From Eledone cirrhosa (taxonomy: Eukaryota): a stretch of DNA of 64,000 nt. Of the stretch, positions 24,736-40,800 are shown piece by piece; position 1 is the stretch's first letter, and every line of letters starts with the position of its first letter. The notes beneath the pieces are model-generated. The model made no database searches. It saw only the letters and a program-made list of their open reading frames with translations, and was not told the DNA's origin. The DNA is taken from NCBI GenBank assembly GCA_964016885.1, contig OZ024740.1, forward strand, positions 286,006,001-286,070,000. The letters are read 5' to 3'. The position numbers were made by a program, and so were the translations under genes.

Positions 24736-27700
24736 ATGTAATTATGTTATGACCACTATTAATCAGTGTTGGTCATAATACACACACATCATCATCGCCA
24801 CCATCATCATTACCAACATCATTTATGACTGACTCCTCTTTTGGTTTTAATACTGAATCAACCTCCTCCAACTTTCTGAGTAAATGCTCACCTAGCATCA
24901 TCACTCCTTATTTTTAAAGAAACATCAAATCAAACTTCTCTTTCTTCTATTAGAATTTTATTTTATTTGAAATAATATTTAATTGTTCTATTGTTATTTA
25001 GTTTGACTTTAGCAAAATTTAAAGATGCTCCATAAAGAATTTTCAAATAGCAAGCCACTCTAATATATATCTACTTTAAATTTGATATACACACATTGGT
25101 GTCTCTTATTAGATGAGTAAAATATGTTTCTCATCACCCATTTCAAGTGTCTGAATCACCAGAAAAAGAATTAATGCTGACATTTCAAACCCACTTCACC
25201 TAATTTCTGAGTGGATACTCTATCTATTTCCCCTCAAGCATTTTCATCTTTTTGTTTTAGAACAAAAGGACTATGGGGCTACATTTTGATAATTATTTAA
25301 TTTATATTATTCTTCTAAATATAAACTTGTAATAAAAACATACAGTATTACCCAGCATCAAAGATGCTCTGACATATTGATCATATCCCCATTTTGAGTT
25401 GATATTTTATTTTTAAAAAAGGTTTAACATAAAATGGCTAATGTAACTTTCAAGCTCCATGATGCAGGGTGAATTTTCGAGACATAACTGGTGAAACAAA
25501 GAAAGGTTTTTCATGCTGAGAAACTTGGTACTTTTGTTTTGTATTATATATAATTAAAGCAAATAAATTGAATGTACTTGCTCTTTTTGGTAATAGGTGT
25601 TGCAAACATTGATATTCAATTTATCAAATTATACTGTTTGTAGTCTCACACTTAGTGGCATTTGTTTTTATGATGCTTTCAACTTAACAAAAGAGAGGTC
25701 AGAATTGGTGACAAGGATATAATTAGGTGAAATTAAAGTATTTGAGAAATCAGTCATAATATCATGCAGGTGTTTTAACAGTTATCTGAAGCTGTGAGAA
25801 TTTGTATCATTTTGTCTCCTTTAACTTTTAATATCCTGTAATGATTTAACAAAATATATAAAAACAGGTTTGTCACTTCAAATGTTTATATTTACAGATC
25901 GAGAAAATATGCAGTATTAAGATAAAGACTTCAATTTTTAATGTGATGTTGTCATAGTACTGTTTTGAATTTTTAATGACTGTTTTGTTAATGCAGTCTC
26001 TTGTGGTACAGGATGTTAAATTGCTTAAAATCCCCTATTCTTTGCAGATCTACTGTCTATATCAGCTTCGGTTATAATAATTGTGAAGTATTCATCAGCT
26101 TACCTTATGCTCTCCCTCCTCCTTCCTTTCATAGGAAGTTTCTTTCATAAATCATTTTGCTTGAAAAATTCCTTTTTTACAGGGGAACTATAGAATTTCA
26201 TAGAATAGTTAAAAATGTATTCAACTTCCCTATCTTTTCTTCACAGAAGAATTGTTATAGGTTATGTGTTTAGTTCTTTACTAACTTCATTATTATCAAT
26301 CTCACTAACACCACTACTGCCATCATTGTTGCCACCACCTCACCATAAACATCGTCATTGACACCACCATAACAATCATCACCACCATCATATTAATCAT
26401 GAATAAATTCAATGACTTTGTGAAGAATTCTTAAAGAATACAGATGATAATGATTTTCTATTCACCTTCTCTACTATCTATGTCTGAATTTCTAAACTTT
26501 GTGTATCTTGAACAGCTATTTTAGTGTTTCTTCTACTGTTTTTATGACAATAGTGTATGTGAATTAGGAGAATTGTTAGGGTGTCAGATTAAATACCTCT
26601 GCAGTGAATAGGTGGAATTAAATGGGATGTTCCTGGAATCTGATCCGGCTTTATATGTTCTGAGTTCTAATTCTGCCACCGTCCGGCTGGAGTTGTGACC
26701 AGTGATAATATCAGCAATGGAAAGACCAATGGAAACAGTGCTTCCTTGATCCAATTTGTCAATCAGCTACTTTCCTTTTCTTATTTATGACAATAGAGAT
26801 AACTCCCCTTGTATATTCCACAGTTTCCTTAATTCATTGCTTAAGTCTAAATACTTCTCAATTTTTGATGTTTTTTTTTCATTTCATTCTGCTATATATA
26901 GTGAAGTTGGTTGATTGGTACAATGCTTCAAGCATTGTGTTATTTGTTCCAACTCTTTGCATTCTGAGTTCAAATTCTGCTGAGGTCACTTTGCCTTTCA
27001 TCAGCACTTTCAAAGGGGTTTGAATCTGTACCAATTTTCAAATGAAACATTTTTATATCAACTCCATAACCTATATTCTAGGAGCATGAAGTGTAGCAAA
27101 TCACTTACAATTAAAAGGTAAATTTCTTTCAGGATGGGAGAACAACAAAAACTTCAACAGCAAGTTTGATTTTGCAGTTTATTTACTTTAATACTTAAGT
27201 AAAATACTTATATTTGCTGAAGCCAGAAAGCCATACACACAGAAATTCACATTTATTAATAAAATATCACATGTTGATGTCTTTAATGAGGTTTCTTCTG
27301 TTTAGTTTTGTATCTAAGATCCTTCTGGAACTTTCTTTTCCTTCTTTAATTCTCCCCAATCTTATAAATCTTTAGCAATTATGTAAGGTAATTTGTTGTG
27401 TCCAAGTTATTTTTACATATTCAATAAAGACATTTAGAGTCTTTGACTGAAGTGTGAAATAAAATGTGTTAATCAATAAACATGTCATAGAAAAAGGACA
27501 CTGACCTTTCTGTATTATGAAGTTAGTTAAAACTGTCATTAGACATTGCTATTTTCTGCTGAAATCTGATATAAGCAAAACTAAACATCAAAGTCACATG
27601 CTAAATTGAAAGTTGGATAACTAGTAAATAACAGGAGGCCTTAGTTTATTGATTAGTTCGTTAGTTTACTTTTCTTCTAGAGAATGTGACAAATCAACAG

Positions 27701-28291
27701 AAAGTTGCTGTTCTAAGATTTCTAATTTTTAGGTGAAGATAATTGGCAAATAATTATTTTCTTAACTAGTTAGTTTAGTAAATTAATTTCCAATTTTATT
27801 AAAAATTGGAAATTAATTGTTAATTGAATATGCTTTCTCTGTTTTCAAATATTGTGTTTTAGTTCAGTATTATCACGAAGACACCCAGTACACTCTGTAA
27901 AATGGTTGCAATTGTACAGGGATGATATCAGGAAGAGAGAACATTTTAGTCATTCTAACAATGCATCTTGGTGCTATGATAAAATTTACCCAGTAAACCC
28001 TGTAAAATAGTTAGTGTTAAAAAGGGCATCTAGCTGTTGAAACCATGCATAGAATAGAACACACAAGCATGACATGGTCCTCTGACAGGTTTAAAGAGAC
28101 AGTAACTCTGAATAAAAACTGACTCAGTGTCCAACTCATGCCAGTATATAAAATAAAGCAAATGTAAAATGATGATGATGGTAATAAAAAAAGAAGTAAA
28201 AGAGAAATTGTATCAGATAGAGAAGTAAATATTTTCTCCAGGCATTTCTCTGCTCTTTTAGGCTTCTGTCTCATCTTCTTAGATTTATTAT

Positions 28292-28992
28292 TTTAACATT
28301 TCGGTACCAAACTGCTTAAAAAAAGCTTCTGATTCTATGATACAAAACTGTTTATTTTAAAGTATTTATATTTATAAAAAAATCATGTTCTAAACACTAG
28401 ATAACTAATGAGAAAATCAGATTTTATTAAACCCATCAAAATTTTTTTAAGATCGAGATCTTTGGCATCATACAGTACTGCAGAAGACCCGCCTTCCCAT
28501 GTGCACGGACTGAAACATACATTTAGTGATCTCTAATATGCACCCTCAGCCCCCTTCCATACACTGCCCACGTCCTAACACCCCATCCATCACCAGCTAA
28601 GTGTCCCACCCTAGACCTACCTCTCCAATCCCCACCCTACATACACTCACCTCCACCACCCCAGCCCGCAATCCACACTGTAAAGGGGACGTTTTGGTGA
28701 CACAACAATAAAGCACCCAGTACACACTGCAAAGTGGGCATGTTGGTGTCACAACAAAAAGCGCCCAGTCCACACTGTAAATGTGGTTGGCATTAGGAAG
28801 GGCATCCAGCCGTAGAAACCAAGCTAGAAACAGTTCTGTATGAGCAAGACACAGTCACCTGATCTAGCTTGTCTCTCTAATGGACAACTCATCTAACCTA
28901 TACTAGCATGGAGAAATGGATGTCAAATGGTGATGATGATGATGATCATAGGCAGTGTCTTCCATTAGAAATATGGTAACAAAAAAGTTAAT
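28292..28992. mobile_element. MITE family C copy interrupted by an insert ending in a SINE 3' half (~28670-28947)
   Basis: The left (TTAACA...GGTACCAA...TTCTATGATACAAAA) and right (CATTAGAAATATGGTAAC...GTTAA) halves match 62302-62557 in reverse; a SINE tail TTAGGAAGGGCATCCAGCCG...(GAT)n lies between them. Confidence 0.6.
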
Positions 28993-29446
28993 AATTCCAT
29001 TGTTTTATCATTGATCAACAAATTAATACATGATGAAGTTTTTATTGTTTTAGATAACTTAGTCTGGAGTCTCATTTGTTATTGACAAAAACCTGCTTTA
29101 CTTGAAAACTAATTAGAGAATTCAGAGAAATCTGATTTAGGTATAAGGAAGCTTTGAACAGGAATTTTTTGTATACCAATAAAATCAGTGGATAGTCTAA
29201 ATATTTTCTTATCTAATATCTCAGAATCACTTCTCATTCCTCCCTTCTCTCTCTTATATACATTTAAATTTCCATATTAATCATCTTCATCATTTTACAT
29301 ATGTTACTTAAAGCAGTACATAGATATGTTGTGGTGTATATGTGTATATATATATATATATATTTGAGTGACTCTATTTACATATAAAAATGATTGTGTG
29401 TGTATCTTATTGTTTTTATTAATATATCTAAATTTCTTTATTTCAG

Positions 29447-29674
29447 ATGACTCCTGAATATTCCAACCATATCACTCGGTTAGCTGACCACTGTTTGAGA
29501 GAAAATTGGTTGAAACGGAATTCTCGGGCAAGTGACACATCTAGTGCATACTCTGGGTCAGATGTAATGCAATCCTCTATAGATGGGCAGGAAAATGTTG
29601 ACCTTGAGTACAGTGGCTTGACAGAAAGCATGGTAGACTCTGATGAAGAAGAAGGATATGGAGAATCGTCTGAG
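29447..29674 (+). CDS. RAPGEF2: Internal coding exon (76 codons, phase 0-0) of Rap guanine nucleotide exchange factor PDZ-GEF (RAPGEF2/6, Dizzy/Gef26)
   Basis: TTTCTTTATTTCAG acceptor, GAG|GTAAAT donor. Peptide SDTSSAYSGSDVMQSS...DLEYSGLTESMVDSDEEE matches the remembered PDZ-GEF acidic motif (human RAPGEF2 DLSGLPETAVDSEDDD) preceding the second cNMP-binding domain. Confidence 0.9.
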
Positions 29675-31859
29675 GTAAATTATTTTCTTCTTTCCTAGTG
29701 GAATTATACTTGATTGTTACCATATTACAGTTGTTTACTGCTATTCATTGTTTCAAAGACGAGAAAGATTTCACTGAAGAAGAAAATAAGACTGAGATCT
29801 AAAATATGATTAAAATATTATATAGAAAGGCTATTTAAGTAATTAATTTTCACTGTTACTTTGACTTAGACATTTAATGAATTATCTATATAGTGGTTGT
29901 TGTCAAGAAATGTATATACATTTAGGTACATGTATGTTTCATAAGCTAAATTTGTATATACATGTGTGTTGAAATTTAGATAACCAAGTTTGGTATTAAA
30001 GTCAGTAGGGAATTTGTTATAGTAAAATTTTCCACTATTTTGGGGCTCATCTGTAACTGTAAACATATAGCTGTGGTAGTGTCACTGGTGATAGAAAATC
30101 TCTTGCATACTATAATGATGCATAATAGCATGTAGAACTTTTAAAATAATTAATCAATGTGTGTATATGTGTGACATCCAAACAAGTATCCTCCACCTCC
30201 AACTAACTTGCCCTCCACTTCTTGGTCCCTGCCATCAAGATGGCGGATTGCAAGGGATCAGTCACTCTACCTTGTGGGGCTTGCACCTGCGAGTAGCCAA
30301 CTCCTCTCCGATAGCAGCAAGCAGGAATGTTGTCAATTATTACCATTTGCTGATCCTCTTTAAGTTACAACATTAATCTGTGATGGGGGAAAAATACAAG
30401 AAATATAAATTATATGTTGTCTTAGGAGTGATAATTTTCACAAATTATTTCAGTAGTTTAATATTTGTTTTATAATGAAAGGGGCAGTGCTCTTTAAAAC
30501 TTGGCTTATCTATTTTTGTATAATATCTCTAAATAATGAACAATATGACAGTTTGGTTAAGAAATTAATTTTCTTTTTATTACTGTATATACTTGTGTAT
30601 AAGTCACATTGCCATTTTATATCCATTTACAATGTAAAATATATTGAGGTTTTGTAGATTTAGTAGATAAGCCAGATACTGGTTTTCATGTATTTTTGTT
30701 AAAAAATGTGTGACTTATGCATGAGAATATATGGCAATTCTATGTTTGTGTTTTGGGGTGTGTTTCTGTGTCAAATTCTCTACTGTTTAGTTCTGTTGGT
30801 AGGGATAGGAAAATATTGGTTAGCTTAAAAACATAACACTTTCCTTGTCTATCATATTCTATCACACTTTTCTGAGGATTTGTTTCCTGCTAAGTTACTG
30901 TACAGAGTAGAATTAAGTAGTTTGTCCTGGAACACAACACATAGTTAGTACCATACCGATTTTTCACTCTTGAATCAAGCTTTCATTATATAGTCGTGTT
31001 ATCACTGATAATCACACTTATACATCATGTGTCTATTCCTCATTCAAAGACTCTGTCTCCCTCACACACATACACACAAACATTTCCCATATGAGCAAGA
31101 ATAAATACATCAATTTGCATATGCACAATGTATTTACACAAACATCTTGTTTGTGCACACATACATCCATACTAACATATGCACTTCATATGCACTTACC
31201 ATTCATGTAGGCATGCACAAACACATTATGCATGTACAAACATATGCACACATTTAATTACACATACTCAGTAACTCACATAGTTATGTAGAGTTAATTA
31301 CTCCCTGTTCTAAAATTGCTAATTTTGTAGTCAACTTTAAATAATAGATTTGAATATAAAAAAAAAATTACATACACACACACACACATTCTTACCTATA
31401 CAGCACATGTTTATAATTAAACTTATTACTTCATAGCAACCTTCATCATACCTAAAATAAATAACATGAGGTTGAAGTGTATGAGAGAAACAAATTAGAA
31501 AACTAAATCATTATCTAGGGATTTTGTATTTTTGTTGACTTAAATAATTGGAAGCAAACCTTCTTTCTAGATTTTTTCTTTTCTTTATGTTTAATGTCTT
31601 CAGAATTTCAATGTAATCAGTTCAGGGTAATTTATTTAGTTTATTCCAATGAAAACTTAATGTTTAGTCTGTTTGCATGTTTCTGAAATACTTCTCTGAT
31701 TACATAAACATACAATCTTGTTGTTAATATTGTATTGCCACCATAAACACTTCCACCCCTACCAATACCACCACTACCATCATAATCACTCCCATCATCA
31801 TCATCATAAACATTGCCAATACCACCAACAATTGTCATGAAAACACTACCACCACCACC

Positions 31860-34800
31860 ACCACCACGATAAACACTGGTGCCATCAATGTAGACATCAC
31901 CTCCACCATCAGAAACCCTGCCATCCCTACCATTAACACCACCACCATAAACACTGGTCCCATCAATGTAAACATCACCTCCACCATCAGAAACCCTGCC
32001 ATCCCTACCATTAACACCACCACCATAAACACTGGTGCCATCAATGTAAACATCACCTCCACCATCAGAAACCCTGCCATCCCTACCATTAACACCACAA
32101 CCACCATAAACACTGGTGCCATCAATGTAAACATCACCTCCACCATCAGAAACCCTGCCATCCCTACCATTAACACCACCACCATAAACACGGGTGCCAT
32201 CAATGTAAACATCACCTCCACCATCAGAAACCCTGCCATCCCTACCATTAACACCACAACCACCATAAACACTGGTGCCATCAATGTAAACATCACCCCA
32301 CCATCAGAAACCCTGCCATCCCTACCATTAACACCACCACCATAAACACTGGTGCCATCAATGTAAACATCACCTCCACCATCAGAAACCCTGCCATCCC
32401 TACCATTAACACCACAACCATAAACACTGGTGCCATCAATGTAAACATCACCTCCACCATCAGAAACCCTGCCATCCCTACCATTAACACCACCACCACC
32501 ATAAACACTGGTGCCATCAATGTAGACATCACCTCCACCATCAGAAACCCTGCCATCCCTACCATTAACACCACCACCACCATAAACACTGGTGCCATCA
32601 ATGTAAACATCACCTCCACCATCAGAAACCCTGCCATCCCTACCATTAACACCACAACCACCATAAACACTGGTGCCATCAATGTAGACATCACCTCCAC
32701 CATCAGAAACCCTGCCATCCCTACCATTAACACCACCACCACCATAAACACTGGTGCCATCAATGTAAACATCACCTCCACCATCAGAAACCCTGCCATC
32801 CCTACCATTAACACCACCACCACCATAAACACTGGTGCCATCAATGTAGACATCACCTCCACCATCAGAAACCCTGCCATCCCTACCATTAACACCACCA
32901 CCACCATAAACACTGGTGCCATCAATGTAAACATCACCTCCACCATCAGAAACCCTGCCATCCCTACCATTAACACCACAACCACCATAAACACTGGTGC
33001 CATCCATGTAAACATCACCTCCACCATCAGAAACCCTGCCATCCTTACCATTAACACCACCACCATAAACACTGGTGCCATCAATGTAAACATCACCTCC
33101 ACCATCAGAAACCCTGCCATCCCTACCATTAACACCACCACCACCATAAACACTGGTGCCATCAATGTAAACATCACCTCCACCATCAGAAACCCTGCCA
33201 TCACTACCATTAACACCACCACCATAAACACTGGTGCCATCAATGTAAACATCACCTCCACCATCAGAAACCCTGCCATCCCTACCATTAACACCACCAC
33301 CATAAACACTGGTGCCATCAATGTAAACATCACCTCCACCATCAGAAACCCTGCCATCCCTACCATTAACACCACCACCATAAACACTGGTGCCATCAAT
33401 GTAAACATCACCTCCACCATCAGAAACCCTGCCATCCCTACCATTAACACCACCACCACCATAAACACTGGTGCCATCAATGTAAACATCACCTCCACCA
33501 TCAGAAACCCTGCCGTCCCTACCATTAACACCACCACCATAAACACTGGTGCCATCAATGTAAACATCACCTCCACCATCAGAAACTCTGCCATCCCTAC
33601 CATTAACACCACAACCACCATAAACACGGGTGCCATCAATGTAGACATAACCTCCACCATCAGAAACCCTGCCATCCCTACCATTAACACCACCACCATA
33701 AACACTGGTGCCATCAATGTAAACATCACCTCCACCATCAGAAACCCTGCCATCCCTACCATTAACACCACCACCATAAATACTGGTGCCATCAATGTAA
33801 ACATCACCTCCACCATCAGAAACCCTGCCGTCCCTACCATTAACACCACCACCATAAACACTGGTGCCATCAATGTAAACGTCACCTCCACCATCAGAAA
33901 CCCTGCCATCCCTACCATTAACACCATCACCATAAACACTGGTGCCATCAATGTAAACATCACCTCCACCATCAGAAACCCTGCCATCCCTACCATTAAC
34001 ACCACTACCATAAACACTGGTGCCATCAATGTAAACATCACCTCCACCATCAGAAACCCTGCCATCCTTACCATTAACACCACCACCATAAATACTGGTT
34101 CCATCAATGTAAACATCACCTCCACCATCAGAAACCCTGCCATCCCTACCATTAACACAACCACCATAAACACTGGTGCCATCAATGTAAACATCACCTC
34201 CACCATCAGAAACCCTGCCATCCCTACCATTAACACCACCACCATAAACACTGGTCCCATCAATGTAAACATCACCTCCACCATCAGAAACCCTGCCATC
34301 CCTACCATTAACACCACCACCATAAACACTGGTGCCATCAATGTAAACATCACCTCCACCATCAGAAACCCTGCCGTCCCTACCATTAACACCACCACCA
34401 CCATAAATACTGGTGCCATCAATGTAAACATCACCTCCACCATCAGAAACCCTGTCGTCCCTACCATTAACACCACCACCACCATAAACACTGGTGCCAT
34501 CAATGTAAACATCACCTCCACCATCAGAAACCCTGCCATCCCTACCATTAACACCACAACCACCATAAACACTGGTGCCATCAATGTAAACATCACCTCC
34601 ACCATCAGGAACCCTGCCATGCCTACCATTAACACCACAACCACCATAAACACTGGTGCCATCAATGTAAACATCACCTCCACCATCAGAAACCCTGCCG
34701 TCCCTACCATTAACACCACCACCACCATAAATACTGGTGCCATCAATGTAAACATCACCTCCACCATCAGAAACCCTGTCGTCCCTACCATTAACACCAC

Positions 34801-37800
34801 CACCACCATAAACACTGGTGCCATCAATGTAAACATCACCTCCACCATCAGAAACCCTGCCATCCCTACCATTAACACCACAACCGCCATAAACACTGGT
34901 GCCATCAATGTAAACATCACCTCCACCATCAGAAACTCTGCCATCCCTACCATTAACACCACAACCACCATAAACACTGGTGCCATCAATGTAAACATCA
35001 CCTCCACCATCAGAAACCCTGCCATCCCTACCATTAACACAACCACCATAAACACTGGTGCCATCAATGTAAACATCACCTCCACCATCAGAAACCCTGC
35101 CGTCCCTACCATTAACACCACCACCACCATAAACACTGGTGCCATCAATGTAAACATCACCTCCACCATCAGAAACCCTGCCATCTCTACCATTAACACA
35201 ACCACCATAAACACTGGTGCCATCAATGTAAACATCACCTCCACCATCAGAAACTCTGCCATCCCTACCATTAACACCACAACCACCATAAACACTGGTG
35301 CCATCAATGTAAACATCACCTCCACCATCAGAAACCCTGCCATCCCTACCATTAACACCACCACCATAAACACTGGTGCCATCAATGTAAACATCACCTC
35401 CACAATCAGAAACCCTGCCATCCCTACCATTAACACCACCACCATAAACACTGGTGCCATCAATGTAAACATCACCTCCACCATCAGAAACCCTGCCATC
35501 CCTACCATTAACACCACAACCACCATAAACACTGGTGCCATCAATGTAAACATCACCTCCACCATCAGAAACCCTGCCATCCCTACCATTAACACCACAA
35601 CCACCATAAACACTGGTGCCATCAATGTAAACATCACCTCCACCATCAGAAACCCTGCCATCCCTACCATTAACACCACCACCACCATAAACACTGGTGC
35701 CATCAATGTAAACATCACCGCCACCATCAGAACCCCTGCCATCCCTACCATTAACACCACCACCACCATAAATACTGGTCCCATCAATGTAAACATCACC
35801 TCCACCATCAGAAACCCTGCCATCCCTACCATTAACACCACCACCATAAACACTGGTGCCATCAATGTAAACATCACCTCCACCATCAGAAACCCTGCCA
35901 TCCCTACCATTAACACCACTACCATAAACACTGGTGCCATCAATGTAAACATCACCTCCACCATCAGAAACCCTGCCATCCCTACCATTAACACCACTAC
36001 CATAAACACTGGTGCCATCAATGTAAACATCACCTCCACCATCAGAAACCCTGCCATCCCTACCATTAACACCACCACCATAAACACTGGTGCCATCAAT
36101 GTAAACATCACCTCCACCATCAGAAACCCTGCCATCCCTACCATTAACACCACCACCATAAACACTGGTGCCATCAATGTAAACATCACCTCCACCATCA
36201 GAAACCCTGCCATCCCTACCATTAACACCACCACCATAAACACTGGTGCCATCAATGTAAACATCACCTCCACCATCAGAAACCCTGCCATCCCTACCAT
36301 TAACACCACCACCATAAACACTGGTGCCATCAATGTAAACATCACCTCCACCATCAGAAACCCTGCCGTCCCTACCATTAACACCACCACCATAAACACT
36401 GGTGCCATCAATGTAAACATCACCTCCACCATCAGAAACCCTGCCATCCCTACCATTAACACCACCACCATAAACACTGGTGCCATCAATGTAAACATCA
36501 CCTCCACCATCAGAAACCCTGCCATCCCTACCATTAACACCACAACCACCATAAACACTGGTGCCATCAATGTAAACATCACCTCCACCATCAGAAACCC
36601 TGCCATCCCTACCATTAACACCACAACCACCATAAACACTGGTGCCATCAATGTAAACATCACCTCCACCATCAGAAACCCTGTCGTCCCTACCATTAAC
36701 ACCACCACCACCATAAACACTGGTGCCATCAATGTAAACATCACCTCCACCATCAGAAACCCTGCCGTCCCTACCATTAACACCACCACCACCATAAATA
36801 CTGGTGCCATCAATGTAAACATCACCTCCACCATCAGAAACCCTGCCATCCCTACCATTAACACCACCACCACCATAAATACTGGTGCCATCAATGTAAA
36901 CATCACCTCCACCATCAGAAACCCTGCCATCCCTACCATTAACACCACCACCATAAACACTGGTGCCATCAATGTAAACATCACCTCCACCATCAGAAAC
37001 TCTGCCATCCCTACCATTAACACCACCACCATAAACACTGGTGCCATCAATGTAAACATCACCTCCACCATCAGAAACCCTGCCATCCCTACCATTAACA
37101 CCACCACCATAAACACTGGTGCCATCAATGTAAACATCACCTCCACCATCAGAAACTCTGCCATCCCTACCATTAACACCACCACCATAAACACTGGTGC
37201 CATCAATGTAAACATCACCTCCACCATCAGAAACCCTGCCATCCCTACCATTAACACCACCACCATAAACACTGGTGCCATCAATGTAAACATCACCTCC
37301 ACCATCAGAAACTCTGCCATCCCTACCATTAACACCACCACCATAAACACTGGTGCCATCAATGTAAACATCACCTCCACCATCAGAAACCCTGCCGTCC
37401 CTACCATTAACACCACCACCACCATAAATACTGGTGCCATCAATGTAAACATCACCTCCACCATCAGAAACCCTGCCATCCCTACCATTAACACCACCAC
37501 CACCATAAATACTGGTGCCATCAATGTAAACATCACCTCCACCATCAGAAACCCTGCCATCCCTACCATTAACACCACCACCATAAACACTGGTGCCATC
37601 AATGTAAACATCACCTCCACCATCAGAAACTCTGCCATCCCTACCATTAACACCACCACCATAAACACTGGTGCCATCAATGTAAACATCACCTCCACCA
37701 TCAGAAACCCTGCCATCCCTACCATTAACACCACCACCATAAATACTGGTGCCATCAATGTAAACATCACCTCCACCATCAGAAACCCTGCCATCCCTAC

Positions 37801-40800
37801 CATTAACACCACCACCATAAACACTGGTGCCATCAATGTAAACATCACCTCCACCATCAGAAACCCTGCCATCCCTACCATTAACACCACCACCACCATA
37901 AATACTGGTCCCATCAATGTAAACATCACCTCCACCATCAGAAACCCTGCCATCCCTACCATTAACACCACAACCACCATAAACACTGGTGCCATCAATG
38001 TAAACATCACCCCACCATCAGAAACCCTGCCATCCCTACCATTAACACCACCACCATAAACACTGGTGCCATCAATGTAAACATCACCTCCACCATCAGA
38101 AACCCTGCCATCCCTACCATTAACACCACAACCATAAACACTGGTGCCATCAATGTAAACATCACCTCCACCATCAGAAACCCTGCCATCCCTACCATTA
38201 ACACCACCACCACCACAAACACTGGTGCCATCAATGTAGACATCACCTCCACCATCAGAAACCCTGCCATCCCTACCATTAACACCACCACCACCATAAA
38301 CACTGGTGCCATCAATGTAAACATCACCTCCACCATCAGAAACCCTGCCATCCCTACCATTAACACCACAACCACCATAAACACTGGTGCCATCAATGTA
38401 GACATCACCTCCACCATCAGAAACCCTGCCATCCCTACCATTAACACCACCACCACCATAAACACTGGTGCCATCAATGTAAACATCACCTCCACCATCA
38501 GAAACCCTGCCATCCCTACCATTAACACCACCACCACCATAAACACTGGTGCCATCAATGTAGACATCACCTCCACCATCAGAAACCCTGCCATCCCTAC
38601 CATTAACACCACCACCACCATAAACACTGGTGCCATCAATGTAAACATCACCTCCACCATCAGAAACCCTGCCATCCCTACCATTAACACCACAACCACC
38701 ATAAACACTGGTGCCATCCATGTAAACATCACCTCCACCATCAGAAACCCTGCCATCCTTACCATTAACACCACCACCATAAACACTGGTGCCATCAATG
38801 TAAACATCACCTCCACCATCAGAAACCCTGCCATCCCTACCATTAACACCACCACCACCATAAACACTGGTGCCATCAATGTAAACATCACCTCCACCAT
38901 CAGAAACCCTGCCATCACTACCATTAACACCACCACCATAAACACTGGTGCCATCAATGTAAACATCACCTCCACCATCAGAAACCCTGCCATCCCTACC
39001 ATTAACACCACCACCATAAACACTGGTGCCATCAATGTAAACATCACCTCCACCATCAGAAACCCTGCCATCCCTACCATTAACACCACCACCATAAACA
39101 CTGGTGCCATCAATGTAAACATCACCTCCACCATCAGAAACCCTGCCATCCCTACCATTAACACCACCACCACCATAAACACTGGTGCCATCAATGTAAA
39201 CATCACCTCCACCATCAGAAACCCTGCCGTCCCTACCATTAACACCACCACCATAAACACTGGTGCCATCAATGTAAACATCACCTCCACCATCAGAAAC
39301 TCTGCCATCCCTACCATTAACACCACAACCACCATAAACACGGGTGCCATCAATGTAGACATAACCTCCACCATCAGAAACCCTGCCATCCCTACCATTA
39401 ACACCACCACCATAAACACTGGTGCCATCAATGTAAACATCACCTCCACCATCAGAAACCCTGCCATCCCTACCATTAACACCACCACCATAAATACTGG
39501 TGCCATCAATGTAAACATCACCTCCACCATCAGAAACCCTGCCGTCCCTACCATTAACACCACCACCATAAACACTGGTGCCATCAATGTAAACGTCACC
39601 TCCACCATCAGAAACCCTGCCATCCCTACCATTAACACCATCACCATAAACACTGGTGCCATCAATGTAAACATCACCTCCACCATCAGAAACCCTGCCA
39701 TCCCTACCATTAACACCACTACCATAAACACTGGTGCCATCAATGTAAACATCACCTCCACCATCAGAAACCCTGCCATCCTTACCATTAACACCACCAC
39801 CATAAATACTGGTTCCATCAATGTAAACATCACCTCCACCATCAGAAACCCTGCCATCCCTACCATTAACACAACCACCATAAACACTGGTGCCATCAAT
39901 GTAAACATCACCTCCACCATCAGAAACCCTGCCATCCCTACCATTAACACCACCACCATAAACACTGGTCCCATCAATGTAAACATCACCTCCACCATCA
40001 GAAACCCTGCCATCCCTACCATTAACACCACCACCATAAACACTGGTGCCATCAATGTAAACATCACCTCCACCATCAGAAACCCTGCCGTCCCTACCAT
40101 TAACACCACCACCACCATAAATACTGGTGCCATCAATGTAAACATCACCTCCACCATCAGAAACCCTGTCGTCCCTACCATTAACACCACCACCACCATA
40201 AACACTGGTGCCATCAATGTAAACATCACCTCCACCATCAGAAACCCTGCCATCCCTACCATTAACACCACAACCACCATAAACACTGGTGCCATCAATG
40301 TAAACATCACCTCCACCATCAGGAACCCTGCCATGCCTACCATTAACACCACAACCACCATAAACACTGGTGCCATCAATGTAAACATCACCTCCACCAT
40401 CAGAAACCCTGCCGTCCCTACCATTAACACCACCACCACCATAAATACTGGTGCCATCAATGTAAACATCACCTCCACCATCAGAAACCCTGTCGTCCCT
40501 ACCATTAACACCACCACCACCATAAACACTGGTGCCATCAATGTAAACATCACCTCCACCATCAGAAACCCTGCCATCCCTACCATTAACACCACAACCG
40601 CCATAAACACTGGTGCCATCAATGTAAACATCACCTCCACCATCAGAAACTCTGCCATCCCTACCATTAACACCACAACCACCATAAACACTGGTGCCAT
40701 CAATGTAAACATCACCTCCACCATCAGAAACCCTGCCATCCCTACCATTAACACAACCACCATAAACACTGGTGCCATCAATGTAAACATCACCTCCACC

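Noticed and set aside
27133-27163. TTTCTTTCAG-flanked short open segment (DGRTTKTSTA)
   Set aside because: No in-phase consensus donor and no recognisable homology
28455-28535. CAGAAGA...TGAAAC hammerhead-like spacing
   Set aside because: Core deviates and stems I-III could not be closed convincingly
31604-31626. Possible small exon after a strong pyrimidine tract (TCTTCAG|...GG|GTAATT)
   Set aside because: 23 nt is frame-shifting and the 9-nt alternative has a weak donor; insufficient support
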